A stretch of 64,000 nt of DNA, taken from contig DATJXN010000089.1 in assembly GCA_035500095.1 (NCBI GenBank), positions 370 to 64,369 on the forward strand, written 5' to 3'. Position 1 is the first letter of the stretch. Each line of letters starts with the position of its first letter. Below are positions 44,429-52,733 of this stretch, piece after piece. Both the position numbers and the translations under genes were made by a program. The notes under the pieces are model-generated. The model saw only the letters and a list, made by a program, of their open reading frames with translations, was not told the DNA's origin and did no database searches. The DNA is from Candidatus Binataceae bacterium. Lineage in GTDB: Bacteria; Desulfobacterota; Binatia; Binatales; Binataceae.

Positions 44429-44570
44429 CGTTCGACCGTATCACAGCGGCGGCGCCGGCCCCATCCGACGCGCCTGTTTGCGGCGTTCGCGCGGCCGCTC
44501 GGTTTGCCAGCGGAGCCCGCGTATTCTAGCTTTGAGGGCCGGGCCGGACATGGGCGCCGGCACCATCTGA

Positions 44571-45386
44571 ATGATTGTCGGAATCGATATTGGCGGATCG
44601 ACCACTGACGCGGTGACGGTCGACAACGGCGACTACCACGTCGTTACGATCGAGGCCAACGATCCGGTCGCGGCAGCGGCCGGCGCGCTCGGCAAGCTGG
44701 TCGAGGTGTACGGACTCAAGCTCGACCAGGTGGCGTGCGTGGCGGCGACGGGAGCGGGTTCGCGCGCGCTCTCGGCAACGCTGCTCGGGCGCCCGGTGGT
44801 CAAGGTCAGCGAGTTCACCGCGATCGGAATCGGCGGAACGTCGCTCTGCGGCAAGGCCGACGCGCTGGTGGTATCGCTGGGGACCGGGACCGCGATGGTT
44901 TCCGTGCACGGCGACAAAATCGAGCACTCCGGCGGCACCGGTCTTGGTGGCGGCACGCTGCGCGGGCTCTCCAAGCACATGCTCGGCGTCTCGACCCTGC
45001 AGACGCTGGAGGCGCTGGCCGAGCGGGGCGATCTGAGCCGCATCGATCTCACCGTGCGCGACATCGCGGGCGGCCCGCTCGGCGACCTGCAGCCCGGCGC
45101 CACCGCGGCCAACTTCGGCAAGATCAGCGCGGATGCGACCAACGAGGACAAGGCGCTCGCGATCATGAACATGATCGTCGAGGTGGTGAGCGTGCTGAGC
45201 TTCGCGACCGCGCGCGCCTGCGACCAGCGCGATATCGTGCTTACCGGCAAGCTGACCCGGGTTTTCCGGTTCATGCAGCGGCAGAGGCGGATGGATGCGC
45301 TGCTCTCGCACTTCACGATTCCCGATCATGCGGATTACGCAACCGCGATCGGCGCGGCGCGCGCCGCCGCCGGCCCGATCCGCTGA
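44571..45386 (+). CDS. Type II pantothenate kinase-like protein (CoaW/Fumble family, ASKHA fold)
   Basis: By eye it is collinear with S. aureus CoaW. MIVGIDIGGSTTD, SLGTGTAMV, GGTGLGGGTLRGL and IDLTVRDIAGG...GDL..TAANFG align with VGIDAGGT, NVGTGTS, GGIGTGGGMIQGL and IDLKVRHIY...GDLTAANFG. Confidence 0.6.
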   Translation: MIVGIDIGGSTTDAVTVDNGDYHVVTIEANDPVAAAAGALGKLVEVYGLKLDQVACVAATGAGSRALSATLLGRPVVKVSEFTAIGIGGTSLCGKADALVVSLGTGTAMVSVHGDKIEHSGGTGLGGGTLRGLSKHMLGVSTLQTLEALAERGDLSRIDLTVRDIAGGPLGDLQPGATAANFGKISADATNEDKALAIMNMIVEVVSVLSFATARACDQRDIVLTGKLTRVFRFMQRQRRMDALLSHFTIPDHADYATAIGAARAAAGPIR

Positions 45387-45448
45387 GCCGCCGGCCGCGG
45401 CGCGCATCCAGTCCGCGCGTGACCGCTTTTCCCGCAACAGGAGTATCG

Positions 45449-46711
45449 ATGAGCTCGGAGCTGCTCAGCGGATTCAGGATGCTCGACCTCGCCGACGAAA
45501 AGGGCGCGCTCTGCGGCAAGATCTTCGCCGACATGGGTGCCGACGTGATCAAGGTCGAGCCGCCCAGGGGATGCCCAACGCGGCGCATCCCGCCTTTTCT
45601 CGACGACCTGCCGGACTCCAACCGCGGCCTCTATTTCATCGCCTACCAGGCCGGCAAGCGCTCGGCCACGCTCAACCTGGACTCGCCCGACGGCCGCGCG
45701 CTGCTGGAAGATCTGGTGCGCAAATCCGACTTCCTGCTCGAATCGTTTCCGGTCGGCTACCTCGAGTCAATCGGACTTGGTTACGAGCGTCTTTCGGAGT
45801 TCAATCCGCGGATCATCCATACTTCCATAACGCCCTTCGGCGACACCGGTCCGGGCCGCAACTACAAGGCCGCCGATATCGTCTCGTGGGCGTCGGGCGG
45901 CCCAATGTTCCTGATGGGCGACGAGGGCCGGCCGCCGCTCGAGATGGCGCTGCCGCAGGCCGGGCTGCACGCGGGCGCCGAGGCCGCAGTCGCGTCGCTG
46001 CTCGCGCACTATCCGCGCGAAATCGAAGGCCGGGGCCAGCACGTCACCATCGACATGCAGGCCTGCGTGCTGTGGACCCTGATGAACGAGCAGGCGATGC
46101 CGATACTGCACGGCGATTACATCAAGCGCACCGGGATGTACTACACCGCAACCGGCACGCGGCGGCGACTCGTGTATGCATGCAAGGACGGCTACATCTC
46201 GACCGTGCTCGCCGGCGGCCCCGGCGTCGGCGCAGTCTCGATGAAGGCGCTGGCCGAGTGGATGGCGGTCGCCGGGTTCGCCGCTGACTGGATGATCGCA
46301 AAGGATTGGAGGGCCTGGGTGCCGGGGATCCTGATGAAAGCGACCGCGCAGGACAACCAGGAGATCGCGGATCTCGAAGAGCGCGTGCAGCGCTTCTTCA
46401 ATACCCTCACCAAGCGCGAGATCTACGCCGAGGCGATCAAACGCCGCATCCTGCTCGCCCCCGTGGCGACCACCGCCGACATTGCCGACGACGAGCAACT
46501 GAAGGCGCGCAACTATTTCGTGCGCCTCGAGCACGACACACTCGGCCGCACGCTCACGCTGCCGGGCGCGTTCGCCAAGTTCAGCGGGACGCCGGTCGGA
46601 CCGGCACGCCGCGCGCCGCGCCTCGGCGAGCACAACGGAGAAGTCTTCGGCGAGCTACTGGGAATCGACGGCGCACGGATGAGTCGTCTGCGCGCGATCG
46701 GCGCGATCTGA
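45449..46711 (+). CDS. Family III CoA-transferase (CaiB/BaiF type), subunit/paralog 1
   Basis: Motifs: FRMLDLADEKGALCGKIFADMGADVIKVEPP, LESFPVGYLESIGLGY, RAPRLGEHNGEVF. Internal ATG of track ORF 44735..46711. Confidence 0.85.
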   Translation: MSSELLSGFRMLDLADEKGALCGKIFADMGADVIKVEPPRGCPTRRIPPFLDDLPDSNRGLYFIAYQAGKRSATLNLDSPDGRALLEDLVRKSDFLLESFPVGYLESIGLGYERLSEFNPRIIHTSITPFGDTGPGRNYKAADIVSWASGGPMFLMGDEGRPPLEMALPQAGLHAGAEAAVASLLAHYPREIEGRGQHVTIDMQACVLWTLMNEQAMPILHGDYIKRTGMYYTATGTRRRLVYACKDGYISTVLAGGPGVGAVSMKALAEWMAVAGFAADWMIAKDWRAWVPGILMKATAQDNQEIADLEERVQRFFNTLTKREIYAEAIKRRILLAPVATTADIADDEQLKARNYFVRLEHDTLGRTLTLPGAFAKFSGTPVGPARRAPRLGEHNGEVFGELLGIDGARMSRLRAIGAI

Positions 46712-46746
46712 TCGCGACGCCAGGCCGAGGGAATGGAGCAGTCAGG

Positions 46747-47967
46747 ATGAGACGTTACGCGCTCGAGGGAGTTCACGTCCTCGATTTTTCCTGGGTCGGG
46801 GTCGGCCCGATTACGACCAAGTATCTCGCCGACAATGGCGCCGACGTTATCCGGATCGAGTCGCTGGCGCGGCCCGATATCCTGCGCCTCGCGCCGCCGT
46901 GGAAAGATGCGAAACCAGGGATCGACACGAGCCAGTTTTTCGCGAGCTTCAACACCTCGAAACGGAGCATCACGCTGGACCTCGGCAAACCAAAGGCGCG
47001 CGAGCTGGTGCTGAAGCTGCTGCCCTGGGCCGATATCGTGGCCGAAAGCTTTACCCCCAAGGCGCTGCGCAAATGGGAGCTCGACTACGAGCATCTGCGC
47101 ACGCTCAAGCCCGACCTGATCATGCTTTCGACCTGCATGCAGGGGCAGACCGGGCCTAACGCGCTTTACCCGGGGTTCGGACAGTTGATGGCGGCGCTCA
47201 GCGGCTTCTACCATATCGCCGGCTACGGGCCCGGCGAGCCGCCCTGCCCGCCCTACGGCGCATACACGGATTTCATCGCTCCGCGCCTTTCAGCCTGCGC
47301 GCTGCTCGCTGCGCTCGACTATCGCCGCCGCACCGGCCGCGGACAGTATATCGACATGTCGCAATACGAGGCCGCGCTGCACAATCTCGCCCCGGCGCTG
47401 ATCGATTACTTCGCGAGCGGCCGCGTCGCCGGCCCGGCGGGCAATCGCTCCGAGCGCTATGCGCCGCATGGCGCCTATCGATGCGCCGACCTCGACGGCC
47501 ATGAGCGATGGCTCGCGCTGGCGGTGGAAACCGAAGAGGAGTGGTGCGCGATGCTCGCGGTGCTCGGCAATCCGCCGGCCGATTCTCTCTTCGCGACGAT
47601 GGCAGCGCGGATGGAAAATCGCGCGGCCCTCGATCAGTTCGTCGGCGCGCTGGTCCGCGAGCGCGACGCCGATCAGCTCACGGCGGCGCTGCAGGCGGCG
47701 GGCGTCGCCGCCTACCCGGTGCAGAACTGCGTCGATATCCATCGCGACGACAATCTCGAGGCTTTCGGCTTCTGGCACTGGCTCGATCACAAAGCGATGG
47801 GGCCGTCGCCGTACGAGGGACTCTCGCATCGGTTGAGCCGCACGCCTGGCGAGTTGCGCACGGCGGCGCCGACCCTTGGCCAGCACAACGACGAAGTCTT
47901 CGGCGGACTGCTCGGACTCGGCGCGGACGAGATCGCGCGGCTCAAAGAGCAAAAGGTGATCTTTTGA
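46747..47967 (+). CDS. Family III CoA-transferase (CaiB/BaiF type), subunit/paralog 2
   Basis: Motifs: VHVLDFSWVGVGPITTKYLADNGADVIRIES, AESFTPKALRKWELDY, APTLGQHNDEVF. Confidence 0.85.
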   Translation: MRRYALEGVHVLDFSWVGVGPITTKYLADNGADVIRIESLARPDILRLAPPWKDAKPGIDTSQFFASFNTSKRSITLDLGKPKARELVLKLLPWADIVAESFTPKALRKWELDYEHLRTLKPDLIMLSTCMQGQTGPNALYPGFGQLMAALSGFYHIAGYGPGEPPCPPYGAYTDFIAPRLSACALLAALDYRRRTGRGQYIDMSQYEAALHNLAPALIDYFASGRVAGPAGNRSERYAPHGAYRCADLDGHERWLALAVETEEEWCAMLAVLGNPPADSLFATMAARMENRAALDQFVGALVRERDADQLTAALQAAGVAAYPVQNCVDIHRDDNLEAFGFWHWLDHKAMGPSPYEGLSHRLSRTPGELRTAAPTLGQHNDEVFGGLLGLGADEIARLKEQKVIF

Positions 47968-48023
47968 ACGTGCGCGACGGCCGCTGCGGCTACGCGTCGG
48001 CCCCTACTATCGGAGCCTGACCC

Positions 48024-49277
48024 TTGCGCTACGAACTGATGATCGCGCTGCGCTACCTGCGCGCACGCCGCAAGGACGCCTTCATCTCGGTCACCACGAT
48101 GTTCACGGCGGTGGGCGTGACGATCGGCGTGGCCGCGCTGGTCGTGATGCTGGCGGTGATGAGCGGGTTCGAAACCAATTTGCGCGAGCGCATGCTCAGT
48201 CTGAGCCCCCAGGTGCAGGTCCAGAGTTTCGGCGGCGCGATCCCGGACTACGCGGCAATCCAGGCGCGCATCGCCCAAACCCCGGGCGTCGCCGGATCGG
48301 ATCCGTACATCATCGGCCAGGGACTGGTGAGCGCCGCGCACGGGCTGTCCGGCGTGGTGGTGCGCGGCGTGGAGCCCGACAGCGCGGTCGTTATCGGAAC
48401 GCTCAGCCGCTATGTCAGTGCGGCGTCGCTCAGGATGCTCGAACGCCCTGGCACGGCCGCCGGGGGCGGCCATGCGCCCGCTCCGCCCGCCCCGGGATTG
48501 CTGATCGGCGGGACGCTCGCCGACAAGCTCAAGGTCAAGGCGGGCGACCCGGTGCGGATGGTGGCGCCGATAATCGCGGGCTCCGGCTCTCAGCTGAGCA
48601 CGCGGAGCGCCGATTTCCGGGTCGCCGCGATTTTCAATTCGGGCGTCCAGTTTATCGACGGCGAAGTGATCTTTATGGGTCTCGGCACGGCGCAGGACTT
48701 CTTCGGACGCCCGGGCAAGGCCGATGGAATCGAAGTGAAGCTGCGCGACCTCGACCAGACCGACGCGGTCACCGACGCTCTGCGCGCCGCGCTCGGCCAT
48801 ACTTTTCGCGTAACCAACTGGATGGAGTACGACCAGGCGGCGTCGGCCGGGTTCGCGATGCTCAAGCGGGTTTACGCGCTGGTGTTGCTGCTGCTGATCG
48901 GGGTCGCCGCGTTCAACCTTATCGCGACGCTAATCATGGTGGTGATGGAAAAGCGCAAAGACATCGCCGTGCTGCTCGCGATGGGCGCGACTCCGGCCGA
49001 GGTGCGATGGATTTTTCAGCTCAAGGGAATAATCGTCGGCGCGGCCGGCACCGTGCTGGGGCTGATCATCGGCGCGCTGACCTGCTTCGCGCTCGCGCGC
49101 TACCAGTTCATCCATATCCCGAGCAAGATCTACGGCATCTCGACCTTGCCGATCGACGCGGAGCCGCTGAGCTTCGTCCTCGTGGCTGTCGCCTCGATGG
49201 TGCTGTGCTACCTCGCGACGATCTATCCCGCAAAGCAGGCCTCGCGCGAAACTCCGGTCGAGGTCTTTCGCTCGTAA
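48024..49277 (+). CDS. Lipoprotein-releasing system permease (LolC/LolE, FtsX-like)
   Basis: Motifs: MIALRYLRARRKDAFISVTT, MSGFETNLRERML, C-terminal FtsX segment KRKDIAVLLAMGAT. TTG start. Confidence 0.85.
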   Translation: MRYELMIALRYLRARRKDAFISVTTMFTAVGVTIGVAALVVMLAVMSGFETNLRERMLSLSPQVQVQSFGGAIPDYAAIQARIAQTPGVAGSDPYIIGQGLVSAAHGLSGVVVRGVEPDSAVVIGTLSRYVSAASLRMLERPGTAAGGGHAPAPPAPGLLIGGTLADKLKVKAGDPVRMVAPIIAGSGSQLSTRSADFRVAAIFNSGVQFIDGEVIFMGLGTAQDFFGRPGKADGIEVKLRDLDQTDAVTDALRAALGHTFRVTNWMEYDQAASAGFAMLKRVYALVLLLLIGVAAFNLIATLIMVVMEKRKDIAVLLAMGATPAEVRWIFQLKGIIVGAAGTVLGLIIGALTCFALARYQFIHIPSKIYGISTLPIDAEPLSFVLVAVASMVLCYLATIYPAKQASRETPVEVFRS

Positions 49278-49406
49278 AAGACAGACCTCGGCGTTGCCGA
49301 CGCGAAGGCGCGTGATTCAATTCGCGTCGACCGGGCGCGCAAGTGGAGCCCGATTTGCCTCGGTCTCGCACGCTGGCCTCTCGCGCGGCGCGCGATAGCC
49401 GAAACT

Positions 49407-49700
49407 CTACTGGTTGGAACGATCGATATCGGTGGCGGGCTTGGCTGCCAGCTTAGGCTTGCGAATCACGAGCGTTTCATGACCCCGAACCTTGATCGTG
49501 CGGGCGGACTCGGACTGCATCGCGCTGCCGGAGCCTGCGCCGTCGTGTTCGGCTTGCCTGGGTCGCGCCGTGGTTCGCCGCCGCCGCCAGTTATTGAGCT
49601 CCTGCGAGAGCTTATTGGCCAGCGAGTCGTTCTTCTGGTCGGCCTCGGTCGTGGAACCGCGCTGTTTGTCAATATCGTCTTGTGTATCCTGCGAACTCAT
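49407..49700 (-). CDS. Hypothetical hydrophilic/disordered protein (97 aa)
   Basis: ATG 49700 lies 8 nt after AGAGGG (with GGAGGAGGAG further upstream). GC-rich third positions. No recognisable family. Confidence 0.4.
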   Translation of the reverse strand: MSSQDTQDDIDKQRGSTTEADQKNDSLANKLSQELNNWRRRRTTARPRQAEHDGAGSGSAMQSESARTIKVRGHETLVIRKPKLAAKPATDIDRSNQ

Positions 49701-49995
49701 CGAGGTAACCCTCTGCTCCTCCTCCACCGGTTAAGTCCGGTGATTGAAATGCTTCTTAAGACCGGCCTTGAACTGAACGAGGCTGTGGGTCCGCCTGAGG
49801 AGACGGGACGCTTTGCGGCCTCTTCACCTGTTTCTTTTGTCCATTGAGCGCCAGAGGCGGCGGCGAGCCGCCGCTACTCCAGCCTAGGCAATTTTTAGGA
49901 ATACTTTCGGAATAATAGCGGGTTCTATCTCTGAACTCCCCGATCCTCGCTCGAACCTGGCGCGTGGACCGTGGACGATGTGGCCGCTCTCGGTC

Positions 49996-50325
49996 CTAGC
50001 CGAAGAGGCTTTGCAGCCGAAGCGCCAGTCCCATGTCCCCTGCGATCTTGAGCTTCCCGGTCATGAAGGCCATCTGGCCATTGAGCTTGCCATTGACCAT
50101 GTCGAGGTAGTCCTGGGCAGACATGGAAATGGTGATATTGGGTGACGAGGCCTTTCCTTCCTTAACCTCGCACGCTTCGTTCGCGATTATTGCGTGCCAC
50201 TGTCCGCCGCCATCCCCGGAGAGGTCGAACTGGTAGGTGGCGTTAAGGCCCTTTGCGGCATCCTTCTTGAACCGGGAGGCCATGTTGTCGAAGACCTCTT
50301 TGCACGAAGACGCAGTCTCAGCCAT
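49996..50325 (-). CDS. SCP2 sterol-carrier-like domain protein
   Basis: ATYQFDLSGDGGGQWHAII...ITISMSAQDYLDMVNGKLNGQMAFMTGKLKIAGDMGLALRL. Confidence 0.85.
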   Translation of the reverse strand: MAETASSCKEVFDNMASRFKKDAAKGLNATYQFDLSGDGGGQWHAIIANEACEVKEGKASSPNITISMSAQDYLDMVNGKLNGQMAFMTGKLKIAGDMGLALRLQSLFG

Positions 50326-50522
50326 TTTGTAAACGAGGCCTCCTGAAGGCGCGCGCTCGGAAAGGTTCCTAATCGCCAGTGTAAGCGTCAGCCGAAAACA
50401 ATGTCAATAGCACGCCGTGTTGCTGGCGACCGATCGAGCGCCGTTACGCCCGCAGATCAAGCTGATTTCGCGCCCGCGCCGGGGCCTTAATCCATCGAAC
50501 GCCGCTAATATCCGCGCGTGCT

Positions 50523-52055
50523 CTAAAATCCAAACACCTTGCCCACCGAAACTCGAATCAGGTTGGTGCGCACGATGACCGGCGCCGCACCCTCGGCGAT
50601 CGTGACGGCGCGTTCGCGGTCAAGCTTGGTCGGAACCTCGCCGTCGAGGTATGCGTCGCGACCGATGACCTTGACGGTCACGCCGGTCAATCCCGCACTG
50701 GCGAGCGCCTGCGCAATCTGTTGCTGCTGGGCCGCCCACACCGCGGTGTCGGTGGTCGTCTGATCGATAACGTCGGTCACTCCGGTCACGCTGCGCACGG
50801 TCTGCACGGCGAGACGCTTGCCGTTGTCGTCGAATACTTTGCCATAGAGCGTCACCACCCCGCCGTTCGTATAGGCGTTGACCCGGTTGAGCTTGCGATT
50901 CGAGCGCAGCGCCGACTGAACCCGCTCGAGCAGCGCGGGTTTGGGCGGCCGCGCCGAAGCCACGTGTTTGTGTCGCGTGGAAGGCCGCGGCGCCGCCGCC
51001 ACCGGGGGCGCGATGGGCGCGGTGGCCTCAAGCGGAGGTGCCGAAACCGTCGGCGCCGCCGCCGGGGCGAAGGCATACTCGGGCGAAGAGCCGGGACCGA
51101 GAGCAGCGACTTTGGCGGCAAGTCCGGAATCGATCGCGGTGGCTTGTGCAGGATCGCGCGCGAAGATGACCGGATACTCGGCGCTCACGTCGCCTCCGTT
51201 TATCGGCGCGAACGTCCACCCCATCATCGCCTTGACCACCGCCGCGTCGAGTTCCGGGTTAGCCGAAGTTGAGGTCCGCACCATCGCTCCTGTAACCGTA
51301 CCGCCTGGCGCCACGGTCAGCCGCACCAGCATACCGTCATCGATCGGCGACCCACCCGCGAGCAGACCGCGGTAGGTGTCGAGCAATCCGCTCCTGCCTG
51401 CGTCGAAGACCTTGCGCGCCGCGTCGATGCTGCGTTCAGGCGCTGCCGCCGAATCGCCGATCGTCTGTACCGGCACACCATGCGCCAAATCTACCGATGG
51501 ACCGGCCGCAACGGCGGGCGGGCTCGCGGTCGCCGCCGGGGAAGCCTCGACCGTCTTCGGAGGCGATACTGCGGTGCCTGAACTCAGATGGATCGCAAGC
51601 CAGGCACCCGCGGCCAGGGCGACAATCGCGGCGACCGAGTAGCCAACCACGCTCGTCATCGATCGGCGCGGCTCGTCCTCGCCCTCGTCGCCGGGTGGAA
51701 TCGGGGGCGTGAAACCGGTTGCGGTCAGCCTGTCCTGCGCGGGAATATAGTTCTCGGGACGCTGGCGCTGCGATCCCGCGCCGGCCCCGCCGGGTGCCGC
51801 TCCGCGTGCCGGCGCGGGATCGCCTGCGGATGCCGCGCCCTCGCTGACCGGGAGCCGCGCGCCGCAGAAATTGCACATCAATTCGCCGGGCTCGGCCTTG
51901 CCGCCGCAGACCGAACACTCGATCGGCGCCTGGGGCGCGTCGGCCATCCTTGCTGTTCCCGCCGCTCCCACGGCGGGAACGAGCGCGGTCCCGTCGGCCT
52001 CGCAAAACGATTCCGCGTCGGGATAATTCCTGGCGCATCGTGGACAGGTCTTCAT
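50523..52055 (-). CDS. Membrane protein: double zinc-ribbon / TM / TonB_C-like domain / two BON domains
   Basis: Zinc ribbons CPRCARNYPDAESFCEADG and CSVCGGKAEPGELMCNFCG. TM segment VVGYSVAAIVALAAGAWLAIHL. TonB_C-like LVRLTVAPGGTVTGAMVRTSTSANPELDAAVVKAMMGWTFAP. BON domains VNAYTNGGVVTLYGKV...VTGVTDVIDQ and VTVKVIGRDAYLDGEV. Confidence 0.7.
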   Translation of the reverse strand: MKTCPRCARNYPDAESFCEADGTALVPAVGAAGTARMADAPQAPIECSVCGGKAEPGELMCNFCGARLPVSEGAASAGDPAPARGAAPGGAGAGSQRQRPENYIPAQDRLTATGFTPPIPPGDEGEDEPRRSMTSVVGYSVAAIVALAAGAWLAIHLSSGTAVSPPKTVEASPAATASPPAVAAGPSVDLAHGVPVQTIGDSAAAPERSIDAARKVFDAGRSGLLDTYRGLLAGGSPIDDGMLVRLTVAPGGTVTGAMVRTSTSANPELDAAVVKAMMGWTFAPINGGDVSAEYPVIFARDPAQATAIDSGLAAKVAALGPGSSPEYAFAPAAAPTVSAPPLEATAPIAPPVAAAPRPSTRHKHVASARPPKPALLERVQSALRSNRKLNRVNAYTNGGVVTLYGKVFDDNGKRLAVQTVRSVTGVTDVIDQTTTDTAVWAAQQQQIAQALASAGLTGVTVKVIGRDAYLDGEVPTKLDRERAVTIAEGAAPVIVRTNLIRVSVGKVFGF

Positions 52056-52121
52056 GACTTAGGGTTGGCCTCCTGGAAGCTCGCCCGATTTCTTCCCGTA
52101 TTTCGCGTAAATTCCTCGAAT

Positions 52122-52134
52122 AATTCCTGGAATT
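52122..52134. promoter_or_regulatory. Perfect palindrome AATTCC-T-GGAATT in the AT-rich region upstream of the Zn-ribbon/TonB_C/BON gene (candidate operator)
   Basis: Read directly. A further GGAATT half-site (minus-strand sense) lies nearby within AAATTCCTCGAATAATTCC. Confidence 0.3.
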
Positions 52135-52397
52135 ACGATGATAGCCGCAGGGTGATACGCAACGCCATAAGCTTGCGTTACACGACCACGCGAGCGCTTG
52201 GCGCGGTCGAGCGGCCCCTGCCGCTCGACCGACCGAGGGTCTCGGGCGGCCGATTCGGCCAAAGCCTCGATCATTTCTGCGACGGGCGGTTTGCGGGCCG
52301 GTAAACCCTGAGCGCTACTTTCCGCGCCGCGAGCTGCCTCGCGCGATCGCAGCAACGCTGCCGGTCGCCGGCTGGCGCATGTTCTGAAGATGACTAC

Positions 52398-52616
52398 TTA
52401 GACCGGGTCACCCTCGAGACGGAATCCGATTCTGACGGTCACCTGAAACTCGGGCTCGCCCTTGGGGTTGACGGCGCCGCGGATATTCTCAACCTCGAAC
52501 CAGTCCAGATGCCGCAGCGTCTGGCTCGCCTTCTTGAGCGCGTTGCGCACCGCCTGATGGATGCTCTGGTCGGAGACGCCGACCACTTCGACTATCTTGT
52601 AGGTTTTATCGGGCAT
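52398..52616 (-). CDS. Dodecin family flavin-binding protein
   Basis: MPDKTYKIVEVVGVSDQSIHQAVRNALKKASQTLRHLDWFEVENIRG. ATG 52616 lies 8 nt after GGGAG. Confidence 0.85.
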   Translation of the reverse strand: MPDKTYKIVEVVGVSDQSIHQAVRNALKKASQTLRHLDWFEVENIRGAVNPKGEPEFQVTVRIGFRLEGDPV

Positions 52617-52733
52617 CGGATTTTCTCCCGGCGTCTGTACGCCTCGCCCGCGGCCAATCATGGCCGCCGAAGTCTTAGTGCCAAGACCTGTTGCATGACC
52701 CGCCGGCTCGGGCGTCGCGGCCGCCCCGCCGGC

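Noticed and set aside
52059-52355. 98-aa minus-strand ORF ending 3 nt before the Zn-ribbon/TonB_C/BON gene
   Set aside because: No recognisable family or SD. It spans the AT-rich region with the palindrome and a perfect hairpin, which look regulatory. It is kept only as a possibility under the finding for 52056-52397.
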